Positions 26,777-32,000 of a stretch of 32,000 bases of DNA are shown here, piece after piece. The notes beneath the pieces are model-generated. The model was given only the letters and a program-made list of their open reading frames with translations, was not told the origin of the DNA and searched no databases. Source of the DNA: Candidatus Saccharimonadota bacterium (lineage in GTDB: Bacteria; Patescibacteriota; Gracilibacteria; UBA4473); NCBI GenBank assembly GCA_965228485.1, contig OZ245819.1:570001-602000 (forward strand), written 5' to 3'. Both the position numbers and the translations under genes were made by a program. Each line of letters starts with the position of its first letter. Positions within the stretch are counted from its first letter, which is position 1.

Positions 26777-27313
26777 TCAAAATGAACTGTTTGGTTGTTC
26801 CAAAAATTCTAATTCCTCTGGAGTAGATTCTCTCCCAAGAATTTTATTTCTGTGAGGATAACGTCCAAAACGATCAATAATATCTTTGTGCATAATCTCA
26901 TACTTCAGGGTGAGCTCATTCCCTAGGGCTTCAAAAAGTTTCACCGCCTCTTCGTGTACCAAAGAATCTTCACTATGCATAAATGGCATATAAAAAAATC
27001 TTTGTTTTTCAGAAGATATCACTTGATCAAATCCACTATCAATAGCCTTCTTGGCGAATTGCAAGGCTAAATTATCTTCAGCAAAAGCTTGTGGAGTATC
27101 TCGAAACATATTTCGGGCAAACTGATCTAAAACAATCACTAAAGCCAAGGAACCTTCGGCACTTTTTAGCAAACTATCATGAGTTCCATCCAAAATTTCC
27201 CAGTAGGTCTTTTCAAATCGATCTTTTATTTCTTTATCTAAAGTAATATCCTTAACAAAGTGTCGGTCTGGACCAACTTCTTCAAACCAAAATTGAATAA
27301 CTTCGTCCATCAC
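26777..27313 (-). CDS. DUF924-family protein
   Basis: 178-aa ORF with DUF924 signatures: FWFEE, LDQFARNMFRDTPQAFAED, FFYMPFMHSED, RFGRYPHRNKILGRESTPEELEFL. Confidence 0.8.
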   Translation of the reverse strand: MMDEVIQFWFEEVGPDRHFVKDITLDKEIKDRFEKTYWEILDGTHDSLLKSAEGSLALVIVLDQFARNMFRDTPQAFAEDNLALQFAKKAIDSGFDQVISSEKQRFFYMPFMHSEDSLVHEEAVKLFEALGNELTLKYEIMHKDIIDRFGRYPHRNKILGRESTPEELEFLEQPNSSF

Positions 27314-27786
27314 TTAAAACTCCAAGGTTTAAGAATCCCTTCTTTTTCCTGCTCGTTAACGGTTGAAAAATATAGTTGAATTTCAGGCGACCAGTTTTCA
27401 AATTCTGCCCAATCAAGCGTTGCTGGATCGATATTTCTAGGATCAATATCAACTTCTTTATTAGGGGCCGAATAGTGAACGGGTTCTCCTGCTTCTAAGG
27501 CTTCAATATAGTCGAGGATATAAGTATCTTCTTCAAAGACACAATCATCTTCATAATGACTCCACATCCCTCCATAGTTGAGACATAAGTTAATTTTTTC
27601 AGCTGGTGTTAAAGTATCTTCTTTTGGTTTATCCAGTGACCAATGCCATTTCCATTTTTCTCCCTCATTAAAAGTTGAATAATAAAGCTTATCTGACAAC
27701 GTCCAGTCCGGATAATATTGGAAATTAACCGCAAAGGCAGCAGAGCTATAGAATAATGCCAAACTAGCAATGAGATATTTTTTCAT
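27310..27786 (-). CDS. secreted hypothetical protein (158 aa)
   Basis: The track ORF extends to 27912 and overlaps the topA 3' end. The internal ATG at 27786 gives a clean signal peptide (MKKYLIASLALFYSSAAFA). ATGA-type 4-nt overlap with the downstream DUF924 gene. Confidence 0.6.
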   Translation of the reverse strand: MKKYLIASLALFYSSAAFAVNFQYYPDWTLSDKLYYSTFNEGEKWKWHWSLDKPKEDTLTPAEKINLCLNYGGMWSHYEDDCVFEEDTYILDYIEALEAGEPVHYSAPNKEVDIDPRNIDPATLDWAEFENWSPEIQLYFSTVNEQEKEGILKPWSFK

Positions 27787-27844
27787 GTTTATTGGTATTC
27801 TAGAGTGAAAACGAGAACGGCTCAAATTTATGACACCCTTAAAA

Positions 27845-30193
27845 TTATTTCTTAGCCGACCGTCGCCCTCTTGAGGCTGGAGCTTCTTCAATAATTTTTT
27901 CGATTTCTTCAAGCGTCAATTTTTCGGGTGCTTCTACAGATTTTGGAATTCGAACATTCTTCTTTCCATGTTTAATATAGATCCCGTAAGGGCCTCGCAA
28001 AAGTTGGATTTCTTTTTCTGGCCACTCTGCAATATATTTATTCTTATCTTGTTCTCTTTTTTCTGAAATAAGCAGAATTGCTCGCTCTAGATCAATAGAG
28101 TTTGGATCATCGCCTGGAATTTCATTCCCCTCATCATCAACTGAAGCTTTTTTAAGGGAAGCATTTATTTTCCCACACTTAATATAAGGACCAAAACGCC
28201 CCGTATTAACGAGCACATCTTCATTTTCAAACTGTCCAAGATTTCGAGGGAAATCAAACATCTTAAGTGCTTCTTCAAGAGTAATTTCATCTACTGAGCT
28301 TCCTTCTGGAATAGAAGCAAAAGCCGGTTTTTCTTCATCTTCTGATGAACCGATTTGCACCATTGGCCCAAATCGTCCAACTCGAGCGATGACTGGTTTT
28401 CCAGTTTTTGGGTCTGCACCAAGATTTCGCTGACTAGAAGCTTCTTCTCGGCTAATACCACCTGAAGCTTCAACCGTTTCATGAAATCCTCCATAAAATC
28501 CTTTAATCATGGCATTCCATTGCTTTTTCCCTTCTGCAATTGAATCGAATTCTTCTTCAACTTTGGCAGTGAACTGAAAATCTACAATTTCTGAAAAATA
28601 CTTCACCAAAAAATCATTCACCACTTTCCCCATATCTGTTGGGAATAATTTTGCTTTTTCAGCCCCAAAGTTTTCTTGATTAGTACTTTCTTCTATTTTA
28701 TCAGTCAAAACGATCATTCGTACATCCCGTTTTTGTGCTGGTCGATCTTTCTTTTCGATATATCCACGATCTTGAATTGTTGAAATAGTCGGAGCATAAG
28801 TACTCGGACGACCAATTCCCATTTCTTCTAAAGCTTTTACAAGAGAGGCTTCTGTAAACCTTGGTTTTGGACGAGCAAAAGTTTCTTTTGCCATTGCTTT
28901 TTTGAGGCCAAGACTCTGACCTTCTTTAATAGGAGGCAGTACTCCTGAAGCTTCTCCTTCGTCATTTTCATCATCATCTTTTCCTTCAAGGTAAACCTTC
29001 AAGAATCCATCAAATTTTAGAACTTCTCCCTGAGCTATAAAATTCTCATCTCGTGTCGAGATGTTAATTGTTGCGGTTGTTTTTTCCAGCTTGGCTTCAG
29101 CCATCTGAGAAGCAATTGTTCGCTTCCAGATAAGATCGTATAAACGTTGTTCATTTCTTTCTCCTCCAGCAATAGAATTTGCTAAATCTGTTGGACGAAT
29201 GGCTTCATGGGCTTCTTGTGCACCAGCATTTTTGGTTTTAAATTTTCGAACCTGTACATATTCTTTTCCATATTCTTGTTCGATCTGACTCGCCGCTTGA
29301 GCTAAAGCCTGATCTGACAAATTAACTGAATCCGTACGCATATAAGTAATCTTTCCAGATTCATATAGACGCTGAGCCACCATCATGGTCTGCTTCACTG
29401 AGAAACCAAGCTTCCGTGACGCTTCTTGCTGAAGAGTCGAAGTAGTAAATGGTGCAGATGGGGATTTTTTCCCTGGTTTAGTTACTAAAGACTCCACCGA
29501 AAAATCAGCCCCAACTAAAGCTTCCACAAAAGCCTTTGCTTCATCATAATTTCCGAATTTTTGGCTACATTCAGCTTTTAAAATATTCTTTCCATCAAGA
29601 TCAAATTCAGCGGTAATCTTGAAAGTTGAACTCGCTTCAAAGTCTCGAATAGCTCGCTCTCGTTCAACGATAACTCGAACCGCTACTGATTGCACTCTCC
29701 CAGCCGAAAGCCCTGCTTTGATTTTCTTCCATAAAACAGGAGAAAGTTCGTATCCCACAAGACGATCCAATACTCTTCGAGCTTGTTGAGCATCTACAAG
29801 ATTTTGATCTACCGTTCGTGGAGTTTCAATAGCTTTTAAAATAGCTGGCTTAGTAATCTCATGAAAAACAATTCGCTTAGTATTTTTACTGTCTAGTTTT
29901 AGAGCTTCACATAAATGCCAAGCAATCGCCTCTCCTTCACGATCCTCATCGGATGCCAGCCAAACCGTTTTATCTTTGGCTGCTTTCTTTAACTCTGTAA
30001 TGGTTTTTTTCTTATCAGGTGAGACTTCATAAGTTGGCATAAAAGTGCCTCCCTCAATATCAATATTCATATTTTTTTTGGGAAGATCTCGAACATGACC
30101 AAAAGAAGATTTTACAATAAAATCTTTTCCCAAAAACTTTTCTATCGTTTTGGCTTTCGCTGGCGACTCCACAATCACTAAATTTTTCGACAT
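27845..30193 (-). CDS. topA: DNA topoisomerase I
   Basis: Toprim N-terminus (LVIVESPAKAKTIEKFLG...WLASDEDREGEAIAWH). Active-site region (ITYMRTDS). The C-terminus has three cysteine-free GRFGP-type repeats (GRFGPMVQIG, GRFGPYIKCG, GPYGIYIKHG) instead of CxxC zinc ribbons. The track start is a GTG at 30199; the ATG at 30193 is preferred. Confidence 0.93.
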   Translation of the reverse strand: MSKNLVIVESPAKAKTIEKFLGKDFIVKSSFGHVRDLPKKNMNIDIEGGTFMPTYEVSPDKKKTITELKKAAKDKTVWLASDEDREGEAIAWHLCEALKLDSKNTKRIVFHEITKPAILKAIETPRTVDQNLVDAQQARRVLDRLVGYELSPVLWKKIKAGLSAGRVQSVAVRVIVERERAIRDFEASSTFKITAEFDLDGKNILKAECSQKFGNYDEAKAFVEALVGADFSVESLVTKPGKKSPSAPFTTSTLQQEASRKLGFSVKQTMMVAQRLYESGKITYMRTDSVNLSDQALAQAASQIEQEYGKEYVQVRKFKTKNAGAQEAHEAIRPTDLANSIAGGERNEQRLYDLIWKRTIASQMAEAKLEKTTATINISTRDENFIAQGEVLKFDGFLKVYLEGKDDDENDEGEASGVLPPIKEGQSLGLKKAMAKETFARPKPRFTEASLVKALEEMGIGRPSTYAPTISTIQDRGYIEKKDRPAQKRDVRMIVLTDKIEESTNQENFGAEKAKLFPTDMGKVVNDFLVKYFSEIVDFQFTAKVEEEFDSIAEGKKQWNAMIKGFYGGFHETVEASGGISREEASSQRNLGADPKTGKPVIARVGRFGPMVQIGSSEDEEKPAFASIPEGSSVDEITLEEALKMFDFPRNLGQFENEDVLVNTGRFGPYIKCGKINASLKKASVDDEGNEIPGDDPNSIDLERAILLISEKREQDKNKYIAEWPEKEIQLLRGPYGIYIKHGKKNVRIPKSVEAPEKLTLEEIEKIIEEAPASRGRRSAKK

Positions 30194-30308
30194 ATACACA
30201 AGCTAAGTGCTAAAAGTTATACTGGCAAACAATACGCTACCAAAAATTTTCTCACAGATGGTAAGGGAGTTTTTGATATCTGTCGAGTCTTAATTTTTGA
30301 AGATAGTT

Positions 30309-31190
30309 CTAAGACCGTTTTTCTAAAGGCGCTGAAGCCAGCTTTGGAAGTTCTGATTCGTACTCAAGAATAGATTTTATTCTCGCTCGAGAAATAAGCG
30401 CCTGAGTCAGAACCTCATCCTGAGGTTCCAGCTCTTCACTATTCCCTTCAAAAAATATTTTTTTAAAATCCTCTTTTAAACGTTGTGGATTATTTAATCC
30501 TCTCCTAAAGATTTTTGGTAAAATTGCAGAATCAACTCCAGATTGGGTTAATGAGTCATTTAATACGCCTGTTTGAGTAAAAATAGATTGAAGGTTTTTA
30601 GTCATTTTTTCTGCCTCATCTTCACGATCAAATCCTGTCGTAAAAAGAATCGCCTGAATAATATCTATAAGCTTAACAAAATTTTCTGTAATAAACTCTG
30701 ATCCGCGACTTTTCTTATGGATTTCGTATTTTAAATACCGATCCGCCATCTCGGCATCCCACTGACGAAGAATCGCTCTTCCTGATAAAGACTCTAACTT
30801 TCCTTTGGCTACCTGGCGTGCATGACTTTGCGCATTTTTTTCAAATAATGGAACGTCCCCACGACGAAGTTCCCCAATGTCATGCGTTGCACATAATTCA
30901 TAAAATAATTCACGATCTACCACCCCTTCTAGTTCTGGCCAGATTTCATCTAAAAAATACTCCCCCAATTGAATCATCGCTACTACATGATGCGAATCAC
31001 TTTCCATAAGATAGTCACCTCCCAAATCCCCAAATCGATGAACTCCAGACATATACTGGAAAAACACCTCTTGATCTCGCCTTGAAATATTCAATCCTTC
31101 CGCAAAAAACTGCTGAGCCCTATCTGATAAAGATTGAAAGTAAACTGAGGAATCAAAATCTTCTCGTCCCTCTAAATCAGAAATGCCCAT
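30309..31190 (-). CDS. HD-domain-like hydrolase, hypothetical
   Basis: 293-aa ORF. H...HD...D pattern (SDSHHVVAM ... THDIGELRRGD) reminiscent of HD/YfbR-like phosphohydrolases. Weak, motif-only call. Confidence 0.45.
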   Translation of the reverse strand: MGISDLEGREDFDSSVYFQSLSDRAQQFFAEGLNISRRDQEVFFQYMSGVHRFGDLGGDYLMESDSHHVVAMIQLGEYFLDEIWPELEGVVDRELFYELCATHDIGELRRGDVPLFEKNAQSHARQVAKGKLESLSGRAILRQWDAEMADRYLKYEIHKKSRGSEFITENFVKLIDIIQAILFTTGFDREDEAEKMTKNLQSIFTQTGVLNDSLTQSGVDSAILPKIFRRGLNNPQRLKEDFKKIFFEGNSEELEPQDEVLTQALISRARIKSILEYESELPKLASAPLEKRS

Positions 31191-31342
31191 ACATTTTTAA
31201 TTTTAAATTAATAACTTTTTAAAATTAAAAATAAAAAAGTCAATTAAACCTTTTCTAAAATTTACAACAAAAAGTCCAAAAAGGATTTTAGATGAAAATC
31301 CTTTAGTGATATATACTGGGTTTAAATATAAACAAAAAACAA

Positions 31343-32000
31343 ATGTTCGTGCCTCGATATTGCCTTGGACTCGTAAGCTGCTTGCTGCTTACGGGATGTT
31401 TTCAGATTTCCGTAGAAGAAAAAATTAACAAAGATGGAACTTCTATTATCACCATAAATACTGATGTAAGTGCCATGCTTAATATGGCAGAAGGCATTGC
31501 TGGAGGATTTAGTTATAAAAGCTGTAGTGATCCGAAGCTTCTTGAAAAATATCAGGTCGAATCTCTCAATTCTCCTGCTAAAATCATTGAAACCAAAGTT
31601 ATCACTAAAGAAATAAATTGTGAAGTTGCCGCAGACGGACAAGTTAAAATTACAACTACCCAAACCACCACTTCTGACAAACCCAATAATACTAATGATA
31701 ATCCTTTTGCCTCTCTAGCTAATTTAGGAGGAGGACTCACGGTAACCCAAAGCGCAGAAAGCTGTAGTGATAAATATCTTTTAGAACAATATGATACCGA
31801 TCAATTTCCTGTTACGAGTATTCAGGAAAAAACTAACATCACAGAAATATCTTGCGAAGAGACTGACGAGAACGTTTCCATAAAATCAACTACCGTTGAC
31901 CCGGAAACTGGAAAATCTCAAGGAAGTTTTTCACAAAGTTTTAGTAAACCCAAAGAACCAACCGTAACCGAAGGACAAGACCAGTGTCAAGAAAATAAAG
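31343..32000 (+). CDS. lipoprotein with repeated two-cysteine modules (partial; continues past the window end)
   Basis: Not in the ORF track because it is open-ended. The ATG at 31343 gives MFVPRYCLGLVSCLLLTGCFQ..., with lipobox LLTGC. The frame stays open to 32000. Two about 50-aa modules share the pattern SCSD.(K)LLE.Y...I.EK..IT.EI.CE. Confidence 0.7.
   Translation, partial: MFVPRYCLGLVSCLLLTGCFQISVEEKINKDGTSIITINTDVSAMLNMAEGIAGGFSYKSCSDPKLLEKYQVESLNSPAKIIETKVITKEINCEVAADGQVKITTTQTTTSDKPNNTNDNPFASLANLGGGLTVTQSAESCSDKYLLEQYDTDQFPVTSIQEKTNITEISCEETDENVSIKSTTVDPETGKSQGSFSQSFSKPKEPTVTEGQDQCQENK

Noticed and set aside
27787-27912. The N-terminal extension of the 200-aa track ORF (MKKSKKLLKKLQPQEG...).
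   Set aside because: The extension overlaps the 3' end of topA by 68 nt. The internal ATG at 27786 gives a canonical signal peptide, so the shorter model is preferred.
31322-31740. Minus-strand track ORFs 31322-31663 (113 aa) and 31552-31740 (62 aa).
   Set aside because: They are antisense to a better plus-strand ORF that has a start codon and a lipobox signal peptide and stays open to the window end. Their translations are Phe/Ile-rich junk.

Overview
The window is AT-rich and densely coding. It reads correctly with the standard genetic code: the long ORFs are intact, so no UGA recoding is needed. From the gene content I infer a small-genome, CPR/Patescibacteria-like bacterium (perhaps Peregrinibacteria-like), but I could not test this.

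Contents, left to right:
- A minus-strand block of envelope and housekeeping genes: an SLH/YHYH secreted protein, a DUF4105-like protein overlapping a Pif1/RecD-like helicase, and an AlsS-type acetolactate synthase.
- A plus-strand RRM RNA-binding protein ending at a bidirectional terminator.
- A minus-strand unit of a secreted 7-bladed RCC1-repeat protein, a 787-aa orphan membrane protein and a 78-aa orphan.
- A 23S-5S rRNA operon on the minus strand with no adjacent 16S gene.
- A plus-strand cell-wall cluster: an S41 C-terminal processing protease, an Amidase_2-SpoIID fusion and a PRC-barrel-like protein.
- yggT, uvrC, yraN, a 775-bp ORF-free structured region, tRNA-Met(CAU), SanA/YdcF-like, DUF924, topA, an HD-domain protein and a partial lipoprotein.

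No CRISPR array, transposase, integrase or recognisable defence system is visible.

The items most worth follow-up are:
1. A roughly 154-aa GNAT acetyltransferase domain inserted inside the endonuclease half of UvrC.
2. The ORF-free region at 24372-25146. It ends in a tRNA-like, ACCA-terminated minihelix followed by an intrinsic terminator. Its last 11 nt are identical to the 3' end of the tRNA-Met gene 1.2 kb away.
3. The amidase-SpoIID single-chain fusion.
4. The RCC1 / 787-aa / 78-aa orphan module.

All functional calls rest on motifs I read in the translations. No database search was run.
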